Positions 29,971-39,981 of a stretch of 64,000 nucleotides of DNA are shown one piece after another. Every line of letters starts with the position of its first letter. Position 1 is the first letter of the stretch. Made by a program: the position numbers and the translations under genes. Below the pieces are notes generated by a model that saw only the letters and a program-made list of their open reading frames with translations, did no database searches and was not told the origin of the DNA. The DNA comes from Nitrospirales bacterium (GTDB taxonomy: Bacteria > Nitrospirota > Nitrospiria > Nitrospirales > UBA8639): NCBI GenBank assembly GCA_965203295.1, contig CBDBCZ010000019.1:2304001-2368000 (forward strand), given 5' to 3'.

Positions 29971-30804
29971 TCACGATGTTCGCCTTTGACAAACTGGGCA
30001 AAAAAAGGATGTGCGCTCCGCGACCAGAGACTTTAGCACAACCCCACATCCTCTCGGACAAGGCAGCCCACCCTTCTGGTAGACCTGGTGGCGTTCTTGA
30101 TAATGACCTGGGCTTCCATCTGGGGCACGAAAATCACGGATCGTGGACCCCCCACACGTGATCGCCTCTTGTAACACCCCTTGCATACTGCCATACAATC
30201 GTTGAATTTTCGGCCTTGATAGATTCATCCCCCGAACATGAGGATGAATGCCAGCCCTGTAGAGAATTTCATTCGCATAAATGTTGCCAATCCCTGCCAG
30301 TTTGCGCTGGTTCAATAGCATGGCTTTGATTCGACCCCGGCAGCGTTGAATCAAGGATTGAAAATCCTTTAGCTCAATGGCTAAAGGATCAGGACCAAAT
30401 CGTCGACTGAGAAAATATTCCAATCCTTCTCGATCGAGAAGATACACACGACCAAATCGGCGGGCATTCCAATACCTAACCTCTGGTTCCTTCCCTCCTT
30501 CGAGGGAGAGAATCATGTGCGTGTGCCGTTCTAGCCTCCGATCAGCTCGCTGAAACAGGAGTAATCCGGTCATCCCCAATTCTGTCAGAATGAAACGCTG
30601 CTGTCCCTGTTTCACGCATGTGAACTGAATACTTTTCCCTTGTCTTTGAATATCTTGAATACGCGCTTCTGGGAACCAGGGGAGTTCTCCGAGACCTTCT
30701 CGGATGATATCCTTCCTTCCTACGCAGCACTTGCGAATGGTCGCGCCCAGAATGTGCATTTGGAGTTGTCGAAGAACGACTTCGGCTTCAGGAAGTTCAG
30801 GCAT
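29971..30804 (-). CDS. mutM: Formamidopyrimidine-DNA glycosylase
   Basis: MPELPE, LGMTG, GIGNIYANEIL, C-terminal zinc finger. Confidence 0.93.
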   Translation of the reverse strand: MPELPEAEVVLRQLQMHILGATIRKCCVGRKDIIREGLGELPWFPEARIQDIQRQGKSIQFTCVKQGQQRFILTELGMTGLLLFQRADRRLERHTHMILSLEGGKEPEVRYWNARRFGRVYLLDREGLEYFLSRRFGPDPLAIELKDFQSLIQRCRGRIKAMLLNQRKLAGIGNIYANEILYRAGIHPHVRGMNLSRPKIQRLYGSMQGVLQEAITCGGSTIRDFRAPDGSPGHYQERHQVYQKGGLPCPRGCGVVLKSLVAERTSFFCPVCQRRTS

Positions 30805-30972
30805 GGGTTTGTTCTTCTTACGGAGAAGAGGCGAATTTCACGAACATGTCAACAGAAACCGTTCTCACGGTTGAATCATACTCAGGACGGGGAGGAAGGG
30901 CATAGGTTCACGAAGATCAATCGAAAAAAGGAAGGTTCCATATCGGAAACAATCGATCCACTCATTTCTTAG

Positions 30973-31001
30973 TTGCGAAACACGGTATTGCCTTCTATAC
31001 T
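30973..31001 (+). promoter_or_regulatory. Sigma70-type promoter
   Basis: TTGCGA-N17-TATACT. Confidence 0.55.
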
Positions 31002-31040
31002 AAATATGTTCCATCTCATTTAATCAAAACAAGGCACCTC

Positions 31041-31400
31041 ATGTCTGGCATATCTGTTCAAACCGTAGAAAGTCGTTTACGTCAAGTAAAATGTGCAATC
31101 TGTAAATCACAGCGATTTGGCATTGATTCCCGAACTGTCAACAACGATGGTGAATGGAAAGCGATCTGTCTCGACTGTCATTATACCTTTCCAGTCCATA
31201 CGGACATGGATTTTTATCTCCAAACACAACCTGATGTCCCATACCGGTTGCGAGAAATCGCCTGTCCGGCATGTGAACAACGATCTGGTGAACTCAATTT
31301 TCGCGTCCAAATGTCGGTACGCGAATCCATTTATTTTCTCACCTGCCGATCTTGCGGGAACGAATTTCCTGAACGATCATCATTAGAAGCCTTTGAGTAG
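31041..31400 (+). CDS. Hypothetical double zinc-ribbon protein
   Basis: CAIC, CLDC, CPAC, CRSC. Confidence 0.8.
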   Translation: MSGISVQTVESRLRQVKCAICKSQRFGIDSRTVNNDGEWKAICLDCHYTFPVHTDMDFYLQTQPDVPYRLREIACPACEQRSGELNFRVQMSVRESIYFLTCRSCGNEFPERSSLEAFE

Positions 31401-31432
31401 CGTCCTACAACTACAACCCAAGGAGCCTCTCC

Positions 31433-31642
31433 GTGGACAACCCTACATCACCCACTCCCCCCGAACCTCAATCCGATTCTCAAACCCCTTCCATGGAAAA
31501 AGTTTCCGAAAAGACGAAAAAGGAGATTCCTGTCGTCTCCGTTCTCCATGATGATGATATGATCGCTGAAGAAATGGCGGATTTATTTGAAGAGGATCAA
31601 GTCACTCACAAGCATGGAAGCAGTGAACCAGAGGGAGATTAA
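31433..31642 (+). CDS. Small acidic hypothetical protein
   Basis: AAGGAG RBS before GTG; Pro/Ser-rich then acidic. Confidence 0.55.
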   Translation: MDNPTSPTPPEPQSDSQTPSMEKVSEKTKKEIPVVSVLHDDDMIAEEMADLFEEDQVTHKHGSSEPEGD

Positions 31643-31685
31643 AATCTTGTTTTGGGGGCTTCTTCTCTGAATTATCTGGCCGTCA

Positions 31686-32364
31686 TCAAGGCTCTCTTTG
31701 TCCCCCGCTCCCTTTCGATGTCTTCCCTCTCAGAATCTCCAGAGGTTCTCTGAGTTTTGACGCATCAAAGACAAGTTCTTTAATAGGACATTCCACACAG
31801 TCCCGGTTCTCTCTGGGCGCCCAGGGGATGAAGGTATACACCTTGACGGCTTTTAATTTTCCACCGTGGAGAAGATCTACAAAGGTAATGGCTTCATCCA
31901 GGGTCGCGGTATTCCACACAACCGCCTGAATGCCGTTAAAGGGCGTTTTCAAGGGAACCGCGATGGTATACCCTTTGGGATCAAGCCGATGTGCAGGCTG
32001 CTCCATTTTTTTTCGGCAACACCTTGAACATCTTGCACATACTCTTAATCTCTTCTGAGTAGTTTTGCCCTTCCAGCTGAAAATCTGTGGGCACCCCTGA
32101 TTCACACCATCCCAACAAAGTGTGAAGCGGTGATCCAGGTTCTCTGAGAACAGACACCGTGGCGGTAGCTTGATCTACATCAAGTCTGGAAAGTGGGATA
32201 GAAACAATCTGAGAAGAATTCGAAGGTTTTGCCAAAGCCTGTCCCCCAACATTCAACAGACAGAGGAAGCAAACAAGAAGGCCTCCACCGATGAAGATCG
32301 CCATCCTCTTCTCTCCCAAATGACAGGACTTCTGGCGGTTCCACCAGTTAGAAACCCTTGACAT
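31686..32364 (-). pseudogene. Hypothetical secreted protein split at an A8 tract
   Basis: Signal-like segment ending ALA; removing one base from T8 at 32006-32013 joins ...VLPKK to MEQPAHRLDPKG... Confidence 0.65.
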
Positions 32365-32667
32365 GAAAAAACTCCAACAAATGACTTGAACCGTCATGTT
32401 CTGCACCTTTCCGAATTCTTCTCCTTTGATCGTTCTTCTCTTTGTCCTCTATACAGCAGCCTAACGGCCAAAGCCCTCGTGATGCAAATCTGTCACAGGA
32501 CAATCACGATCAATGCATGTTTTTCCTTATGTTTTGCCAAGATAGAACCAGGCAGTCCAACACAATGTTCACCTTCATAGGTTTTCTCATGTGGATTGTT
32601 GTCACATGTCATCATTCGTATCACTCTGAACCTTGAGAGAAAACTCCATTTCTCCTTCGCACCACAT

Positions 32668-33306
32668 TTATCGAAGGGTCTTCCAGAAGGCTAAATTAGA
32701 TCGAAACATGAGCATTCGGAAGGAAGTCTGCAGGGTCACAATATTGTCATTTTTGTTAACTTTGACAATCACTTCATCAGACCTCAGGTCTTCTGAAAAG
32801 AAGCCTCCAAGAAAAGCAAAAAACGCTAATGCTCGACTGTTAGTCACAACGACGACAACATGATCCTCTACAATCGTTCTCTTCAGGCGTTCGCGAACAC
32901 TCAAGTCTTGGACTTTCCATTGACCTCTTGGACCTTGATATCCATACAGTCGCTGATTAGTCTGCACAAAAATGAGTCGAGGAGTCACGAACGCACCCTG
33001 CACTTCCTCCTATGTATCTAATCTTTGTTCACTCCACTTGCGAAAGGGTCCGGAAAAGGCAAGCAGCCGACTGTTCGTTTCCACAAGGGCATTGATTCCT
33101 CGTGCCTCGGTCCTCACGACTTCTTCATTGCCCCGTAACCGAATAGGCGTGAGACCTTGGCCTGACGTCGCTCCAAACGCTTTGCCATCCGATATCACGA
33201 CCCCAACCTGATCAGTTATTTGCTCTTGCGCGAACGCATGCAGAGTGCTCCCCATGGTAACGACGCCTGCATCGTCTATCTTTCCGCGTATCAGATCCAT
33301 TCTCAC
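32668..33306 (-). pseudogene. Beta-repeat hypothetical protein with in-frame amber stop
   Basis: Two same-frame ORFs separated by TAG at 33010-33012; ~38-aa repeats (ETNSRLLAF, QTNQRLYGY, VTNSRALAF, QTSFRMLMF). Confidence 0.75.
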
Positions 33307-33609
33307 TTCACCGTTTTACCCACTACTCAAGCAATAGACAGATAATCTCATGACCCTCTTTCTGTCTTCCATTCTCCCATTTCTCACTCTTCTTTCTCCA
33401 CTCATGACTTTACCTCAACCTCAATATCCCCAGCCAAACGAGGTGCTGCCTGTCAGTTGAATGAGATACTTCAACACGATGGCATAGAGGTGACACATGA
33501 TTCAGTAAGATCCATAATAGCCACTTGCATTCCTTTGTGTTTCCGTTCAGCATGCGCCCATTTCTTTTACAATCTTGTCTGCACATGCTGGTCTAAAGGA
33601 TTATTGCCG

Positions 33610-35112
33610 ATGATTTCTTCCGAACAACCACGCCATTGGCTCATTGCGTTTACCCGCCTCCTATTCGGGCCCAAAATGCTCGTGATCTTGCTGACTGAGT
33701 TTTCCTCAGGGCTTCCTTTGCTTCTGACTGGGTCGACACTCAAGTATTGGATGCGAGAAGAGGGTTTGGACCTGGGGACGATCGGACTATTTGGGCTTGT
33801 CGGACTTCCATATACACTCAAATTTTTGTGGGCTCCACTTCTGGACGCGTTGATCCCCCCATTCTTAGGCCGAAGGCGAGGCTGGATGTTGTCCACCCAA
33901 ATCTGCCTTTTCCTCACCATTTCGGCCATAGGGTTGACGGAACCCTCCACTCATCTTCTTCATATTGCTGTCGTCTGTTTGCTTATCACGTTTTTCAGTG
34001 CGAGCCAAGACATCGTGCTCGATGCGTATCGAAGAGAGCATTTACAAGATGAGGAGCTGGGTATTGGCTCGTCCGTATTCATCTATGGGTACAGAATCGG
34101 AATGCTGGTAGCCGGAGCCTTGGCACTTTTTCTTGCCGATCAAGATTCGCTTTCTTGGCACACGGTCTACTTTATCATGGGTGGCTTTATGATCGTGGGA
34201 ATGCTGACCACCATGTTTGCCCTGGAACCGATTCTGGTCGCACCGCCTTCTTCATCAGTCACCAAAGTCGCCGTTGGTTCGTACATGGAGTTTTTTGGTC
34301 ATCCCGGCGCAGTGCTTATCTTAGCCTTTGTTCTTCTTTATAAACTGGGGGACAGCATGGGAGCAGAAATGCTGTCTCCCCTTATGGTGGATATCGGCAT
34401 TTCTAAGACCGAATACGCGGTTGTGGGTAAAACTTTCGGCATGATGTCTTTAATTGGTGGAGGTCTTCTAGGCAGGGTGATCATCTATCGACTTGGGATT
34501 CTGCGATCTCTCTGGATTTTCGGCCTCCTGCAGATGTTTTCAACCGCAGGATTCATTCTGTTGGCTACCGCTGGAAACAACATTGCAATTTTTACAGCAG
34601 TGATTGCTTTTGAAATGATTACGAGCGGCTTGGGAACGACGGCTTATGTCGCCTTTATGGCAAGCATTACGAACAAACAATTTACGGCAACGCAATACGC
34701 TCTGCTCACCAGTATCATGGGGGTCCCGCGTGTGTTGGCCGGGTCAATGACCGGTATATTGGCAGAATGGGTAGGATGGGTAGGCTTTTATGCGATTTGT
34801 ACGTTCATTGCTATTCCTGGTCTTCTTTTAATTTCCCGGATTGCTCAAGCGTCCCTTCATCGTGAATCCTTTGGAAATCATGGGATGAACGCATTGGATG
34901 AACGCATTGGTCGTTTGCTGGTAATTTCGGTAATCCTCACCAGGATTGGTGAGGGCTTGGGATTCAGAAAACGGAATTCCGGTTATTTTGAGAAGAGCCC
35001 AGATCATCAAGAGGGGGCCAATCAATGTCAACCATCCATAGGGGACTCCTATTCCCATCAGAACATACGCACACCAAAGCAACCTTTCAAAAAAATAATT
35101 CGGATGCCGTGA
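33610..35112 (+). CDS. ampG: AmpG-family muropeptide MFS permease with aberrant C-terminal extension
   Basis: FSSGLPLLL, KFLWAPLLD, GRRRGW, SASQDIVLDAYR, FTATQYALL; tail frameshifted by a 13-bp duplication. Confidence 0.88.
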   Translation: MISSEQPRHWLIAFTRLLFGPKMLVILLTEFSSGLPLLLTGSTLKYWMREEGLDLGTIGLFGLVGLPYTLKFLWAPLLDALIPPFLGRRRGWMLSTQICLFLTISAIGLTEPSTHLLHIAVVCLLITFFSASQDIVLDAYRREHLQDEELGIGSSVFIYGYRIGMLVAGALALFLADQDSLSWHTVYFIMGGFMIVGMLTTMFALEPILVAPPSSSVTKVAVGSYMEFFGHPGAVLILAFVLLYKLGDSMGAEMLSPLMVDIGISKTEYAVVGKTFGMMSLIGGGLLGRVIIYRLGILRSLWIFGLLQMFSTAGFILLATAGNNIAIFTAVIAFEMITSGLGTTAYVAFMASITNKQFTATQYALLTSIMGVPRVLAGSMTGILAEWVGWVGFYAICTFIAIPGLLLISRIAQASLHRESFGNHGMNALDERIGRLLVISVILTRIGEGLGFRKRNSGYFEKSPDHQEGANQCQPSIGDSYSHQNIRTPKQPFKKIIRMP

Positions 35113-35667
35113 GTACCGCCATAGACCGATTCGGCAGGTCTTCCCACGATTGCGAGGATTTTGACGAAACCGCTCAAGTTGCCAATCAGCCCATGCCTCT
35201 CCAGATAGGGCAATGACCCAAACGAAGAAACCCATGAGTTCCCAACCACTCCACCTGGAACTCAGATTCTGCATCAGGACAAGCAATGGAAGGTAAAACA
35301 CCGCCACAGCGACAGCTTGGCCTTGGAAATAGAGAAAGATATAGAACGGAGCTCGGGTACCCCATTGTTGCCGAAGGGTCTGATAACGAGCATCCTCCGG
35401 TTTTCCGAGTACTCGATTGAACAATAAGTGACCAGCTAAGCGAATGCTGTATATGGCTCCTATCGAGGCTACGATGAGTCGCCTCACGGGATCACCTTCT
35501 GCTCCTAACCCATATCCGATAACCACGAAACTGAAAGCTACGCAAAATCCCACATCGGCCATCACAGCGTTTCGGTAAAACCTTTGCCCTCCCCAGAATG
35601 CCAACATGAAAGGAATGGTGAAACCAAAACTCAGTAAGACAAGTTCAATCGATGTGAGCCTGCTCAA
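34828..35667 (-). pseudogene. DUF1295 (steroid 5-alpha-reductase-like) membrane protein, damaged C-terminus
   Basis: EDARYQ, ADWQLERF, GLWRYSRHPNYFFE; 13-bp duplication plus TGA where IPWFPK is expected. Confidence 0.75.
34883..34910. repeat. 13-bp perfect tandem duplication
   Basis: GGATGAACGCATT x2 plus GG. Confidence 0.95.
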
Positions 35668-35844
35668 TGATCCGGCTCCTTAAAAGAGAATGTTGAGTCC
35701 ACCAAGACATTCTCTTCATATCGAAAAGGCTAAGTTGACCACTTATTGAGGCAGGTGCTAAGTTGGTCAGTGGAAGGTTAAAAAGCTCTCACACACACAA
35801 ATCTTTCAGGTTATTGAAAACAATTTGATAAACGGGGTGGGGCG

Positions 35845-36093
35845 ATGACAGATCGAATTTTACAAGCGTATTATGAAGTTGAACGCGCCATGCAACAATA
35901 CAATGAGACCCTCGACGAATATTTGGCGTCCCTCCAATCAAACGAGGTGGCCAATGTCGAGAAGTTGGAGCGAATGACTGCCGGAACCAAAGCCATGCGT
36001 GACAGCAGTGGAATTTATCTTTCTTATGCTAAATTTGTTGCTTATGGGATGCCAGAAAGTGAGGATTTGGTGGAAGAAGACCTGCAGGCCTAG
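35845..36093 (+). CDS. Small helical hypothetical protein
   Basis: 82-aa ORF with G-rich RBS, amphipathic helices. Confidence 0.7.
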   Translation: MTDRILQAYYEVERAMQQYNETLDEYLASLQSNEVANVEKLERMTAGTKAMRDSSGIYLSYAKFVAYGMPESEDLVEEDLQA

Positions 36094-36132
36094 TTGGGAG
36101 AATTCATATCTCTTAATTTGGCTTCTTGAAGA

Positions 36133-36209
36133 TGGTCGGGGCGAGCCGATTTGAACGGCCGACCTCTCGCACCCCAAGCGAGTGCGCTACCGGGCTGCGC
36201 TACGCCCCG
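36133..36209 (-). tRNA. tRNA-Pro(GGG)
   Basis: CGGGGCG acceptor, anticodon arm CTCGC-TTGGGGT-GCGAG, GTTCAAATC, CCA end; 77 nt. Confidence 0.97.
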
Positions 36210-36264
36210 ACAACCGCGCATCATTGAATGCTTCATTCACTATGGCCTTGGGAAAACATTTCCT

Positions 36265-36633
36265 TTAACCATCTCGGTGTTTAAAGGAATCCAAAATTCC
36301 CAAAATACTCTTTAATTCCCTGCGAACACGCTCGACTTTTTCGGCAGAGAAATTTAACGTGTTCCCGATACGTTGACGTCGGTGCCAATGTCGCTTCAGC
36401 CCCGTTATTGTATACCCTTCTTCGTATAACATTCGCTTAATTTCAAGAACGGTCTCAATCGTTTGCTGATCATACACACGATGTCGTCCCTGACTTTTTC
36501 TAGGACGAAGAAAGCTAAATTCTGATTCCCAGAACCGCAATACCGAGGCTGGCAGTTTCGTCAGAGTACTGACCTCTCCGATTTTATAAAAGGTTTTCTC
36601 CCCTAGGGCTAACCCCTTGGTCATACCAACCAC
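36265..36633 (-). CDS. MerR-family HTH regulator (ihfA-linked type)
   Basis: [28 protein letters not shown]. Confidence 0.92.
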   Translation of the reverse strand: MVGMTKGLALGEKTFYKIGEVSTLTKLPASVLRFWESEFSFLRPRKSQGRHRVYDQQTIETVLEIKRMLYEEGYTITGLKRHWHRRQRIGNTLNFSAEKVERVRRELKSILGILDSFKHRDG

Positions 36634-36673
36634 CTACGAGACTGACGTTTGGGAAATAGGTCTACGCAATGAA

Positions 36674-36949
36674 TTAGGAATTGACGTATTTCTTAAACAA
36701 TTGACTCGGGCGAAAGGTGACAACACGTCTGGGCGTAATCGCAATTTCCTCACCTGTCCGAGGATTCCTTCCTTTCCTCTCACCTTTGCTTCGAACGATA
36801 AAATTCCCGAATCCTGCAATTTTAACCGGTTCGCCATTTTGTAATTTGGCTTTCATGCAATCCAAAATATATTCCACCAAATCCATGGCTTCGGTTTTGG
36901 AGACTCCAACCTTTTCACAAATCGTGTTGGCGATGTCGGCTTTCCGCAT
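36674..36949 (-). CDS. ihfA: Integration host factor alpha subunit
   Basis: VKIAGFGNF, RKGRNPRTGEEI, RRVVTFRPS; ihfA-merR-tRNA-Pro order. Confidence 0.9.
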   Translation of the reverse strand: MRKADIANTICEKVGVSKTEAMDLVEYILDCMKAKLQNGEPVKIAGFGNFIVRSKGERKGRNPRTGEEIAITPRRVVTFRPSQLFKKYVNS

Positions 36950-37085
36950 TGTTTCCTCTAGACTCAAATCAGCGGATCAATCCGCTGAGCTCTTCACTTG
37001 TCTGGATCTGCTGCCCGTCAACCTAACGAGACTCATCACACTTGTCAAGGAAAATACACTCCTGAACTTGATCCGAAAGTCCCTG

Positions 37086-38672
37086 TCACCGACCGCCTTC
37101 CAAAAGTTTGTATTCAATACTATCCGCAAGGGCTTGCCAACTGGCTTCAATGATGTTTTCCGATACTCCGACAGTGCCCCATTTTTCTTTATGATCTCCC
37201 GATTCAATTAAAACACGAACTTTGGAGCCAGTGCCTTGATTTCCGTCCAGCACCCGCACTTTGTAATCATGAAGTCTGACTTCTTTCAGCTGGGGATAAA
37301 ACCTTTCAAGGGCTTTTCGCAAGGCATTGTCCAGCGCATTCACAGGGCCATCCCCTTCTGCCGCTGTCAATTCGACCACATCCCCCACTTTGATCTTAAT
37401 CGTCGCTTCGGTAATCGACGCCTCTTGAGACTGACGCTTCTCAATAATGACACGAAGTCCGAGCAGTTCAAAAGAAGGATGATGACTTCCCAAAGTCTTG
37501 CGAACCAACAGTTCAAACGACCCTTCGGCTCCTTCAAATTGATAGCCATCTCGTTCGAGGTCTTTGAGCTGCCCGATCAGTTCTTGGAGCTGTGGATGAT
37601 CTTTGGGAAGATCAAGTCCATAGGCTTCGACTTTCCCAGCAACTCCGCTTCGGCCTGTGTTGTCTGAAACCAATACTCTTCGACGGTTTCCAACACTTTC
37701 AGGTGGAACGTGTTCATACGTCAACGGATTTTTCTGGACCGCATCAATATGCACTCCTCCCTTATGGGCAAAGGCTGCATCCCCCACATAGGCTTGTCGT
37801 TTATTCGGAAGAAGGTTGGCAATTTCCGAGACAAAATGTGAAATATTTCTCAATTGAGTCAAATGCCCATCACCCAAAGCTGAACGCTGTAATTTTAATT
37901 CTAGATTAGCCATGATGGAGCAAAGATTGGCATTGCCACAACGTTCCCCAATTCCATTAATCGTTCCTTGCACCTGGCGGGCTCCCATCTGTATCGCCAC
38001 TAAGGAGTTCGCCACCGCCATTTCTGCATCGTTATGGGCATGAATACCTAACGGAACCTGACAGTCCTTGAGAACGTGTTGCCAGATTTTTTGAATTTCC
38101 CATGGCATCGTTCCACCATTCGTATCGCACAGAATGATCCGTTCTGCCCCGCCCAGGGCGGCTTGGCGTATTGTTTCCATGGCATATTCGGGATCTGCCT
38201 TAAACCCATCAAAAAAATGCTCCGCGTCATAAAACACCCGTCTTCCCTGATCACGAAGGAACGAAATGGAATCTGAAATAATTTCAAGATTCCTCTCAAG
38301 GGAGGTGCCAAGAGCTTCGGTGACATGCAGAGGCCAACTTTTTCCAAAAAGGGTAATGATGTTGGTTTCCGCCTCTAAGAGCGCCTGAAGATTGGGATCC
38401 TCCTTGGCCTGGTTGCCAGCTTTTCGTGTCGACCCAAAGGCCACAACCTTCGCCTGTTGCAGAGGAGTGGTTTTGACCACTCGGAAAAATTCGATATCCC
38501 GAGGATTTGCTCCAGGCCACCCTCCTTCAATGTAATGAATGCCAAGCTCATCCAACCGTTGGGCAATCCGGACTTTATCATCAACGGAAAAACTCACGTC
38601 TTCCGCCTGACCCCCATCACGTAAGGTGGTGTCATAAATTTCTATTGATGATGCATCATATTCCACGGTCAT
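37086..38672 (-). CDS. cimA: Citramalate synthase
   Basis: YDTTLRDG, IEGGWPGANP, YDAEHFFDG, GERCGN, WGTVGVSENIIEASWQAL. Confidence 0.93.
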   Translation of the reverse strand: MTVEYDASSIEIYDTTLRDGGQAEDVSFSVDDKVRIAQRLDELGIHYIEGGWPGANPRDIEFFRVVKTTPLQQAKVVAFGSTRKAGNQAKEDPNLQALLEAETNIITLFGKSWPLHVTEALGTSLERNLEIISDSISFLRDQGRRVFYDAEHFFDGFKADPEYAMETIRQAALGGAERIILCDTNGGTMPWEIQKIWQHVLKDCQVPLGIHAHNDAEMAVANSLVAIQMGARQVQGTINGIGERCGNANLCSIMANLELKLQRSALGDGHLTQLRNISHFVSEIANLLPNKRQAYVGDAAFAHKGGVHIDAVQKNPLTYEHVPPESVGNRRRVLVSDNTGRSGVAGKVEAYGLDLPKDHPQLQELIGQLKDLERDGYQFEGAEGSFELLVRKTLGSHHPSFELLGLRVIIEKRQSQEASITEATIKIKVGDVVELTAAEGDGPVNALDNALRKALERFYPQLKEVRLHDYKVRVLDGNQGTGSKVRVLIESGDHKEKWGTVGVSENIIEASWQALADSIEYKLLEGGR

Positions 38673-38757
38673 TATCCTTTACGAAAGAGCATACTCTCAC
38701 TGGACCATCGCGATTCATCATGCAAGACTGACATCAACGAAACATCGAGTACGGCAA

Positions 38758-39981
38758 TCACCCGACATTTTCCCCCAAATCAAACTCTTGGTGCAAGGAC
38801 CTCACAGCCAGCTCTAGATATTTTTCCTCCACGACACAGGAGATCTTAATCTCGGAAGTACTGATCATCATGATATTGACGCCTTCATCGGAGAGGGCTT
38901 GGAACATTCGCGAAGCCACCCCAGAATGAGATCGCATACCCACTCCAACGAGTGAGACTTTGGCAATATTGTCCATGACTTCCACTCGCCGGGCTCCAAG
39001 TTTTTTGACGATCCCCTCGACAAGACGTCTGGCTCGAAGCAAGTCGCTTCTCGGGACCGTAAAGGAAATGTCTGTTAAGGAATCCTGACTGACATTTTGA
39101 ATGATCATATCAACAAGGATCTTCGAATCAGCCACAACCCCAAACAAATTTGCTGCGATCCCAGGTTGATCCGGCACACCAACCACAGTAATTTTGGCCT
39201 GGTCTCGGTCACCTGTCACACTTGACACCACAACCCGTCCCATTTCAGCATCTTCCTGAGTCACCAATGTCCCGTCTCCTTCCTCAAAACTCGATTTCAC
39301 TTCAACAGGCACTCCGTACTTCGCCGCAAATTCAACGGATCTGGCCTGCAGAACCTTTGCACCCAAGCTCGCGAGTTCGAGCATTTCTTCATAGGAAATT
39401 TTATTGATTCGTCTCGCCGAAGGCACCACATTCGGATCAGCCGTATACACCCCACCCACATCAGTATAGATCATACAACGATCGGCCTTCAATGAAGCCG
39501 CGAGTGCGACTGCAGTCAGATCGGACCCTCCACGACCGAGGGTCGTCACATCCGATCGCTCATTAATCCCTTGAAACCCCGCCACAACCGGCAGTGTCCC
39601 TTCTTTGAGAGCCTCCTTTAGACGATCAGTGGTGATCTTTGCAATCTTGGCTTTGGTATGCGAACTATCGGTAACGATTCCCACTTGTCTTCCAGTAAAT
39701 GATTGGGCATTGATTCCTCGGCTGCGAAGTTCCATCGCCAATAGGGATATCGCGACGCGTTCCCCCGAGGATAGGAGGACATCAAGCTCTCGCTCATCAG
39801 GAGTCTGTGTAATCTCATGCGCTAATCGCTGCAGACGGTCGGTTTCGCCACTCATGGCAGAGAGAACCACGACCAACTGGTTACCACCCCGATGAGTCTT
39901 CTCTACTAAATCTGCCACATTGCGGATTTTCTCCAAATCCCCGACCGATGTCCCCCCGAATTTTTGAACGAACAACGCCAT
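38758..39981 (-). CDS. lysC: Aspartate kinase
   Basis: [18 protein letters not shown], two ACT domains, ISTSEIKIS. Confidence 0.96.
   Translation of the reverse strand: MALFVQKFGGTSVGDLEKIRNVADLVEKTHRGGNQLVVVLSAMSGETDRLQRLAHEITQTPDERELDVLLSSGERVAISLLAMELRSRGINAQSFTGRQVGIVTDSSHTKAKIAKITTDRLKEALKEGTLPVVAGFQGINERSDVTTLGRGGSDLTAVALAASLKADRCMIYTDVGGVYTADPNVVPSARRINKISYEEMLELASLGAKVLQARSVEFAAKYGVPVEVKSSFEEGDGTLVTQEDAEMGRVVVSSVTGDRDQAKITVVGVPDQPGIAANLFGVVADSKILVDMIIQNVSQDSLTDISFTVPRSDLLRARRLVEGIVKKLGARRVEVMDNIAKVSLVGVGMRSHSGVASRMFQALSDEGVNIMMISTSEIKISCVVEEKYLELAVRSLHQEFDLGENVG

Noticed and set aside
7674..34880. Stop-codon reassignment or selenocysteine/pyrrolysine readthrough explaining the in-frame stops
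   Set aside because: Internal stops are TGA, TAA and TAG at positions expected to be different residues (Gly, Arg, Trp and others), usually accompanied by frameshifts, and all three codons end normal genes here
36133..36209. tRNA-Pro or tRNA-Lys as integration sites of a genomic island
   Set aside because: No duplicated tRNA 3' end and no integrase found nearby
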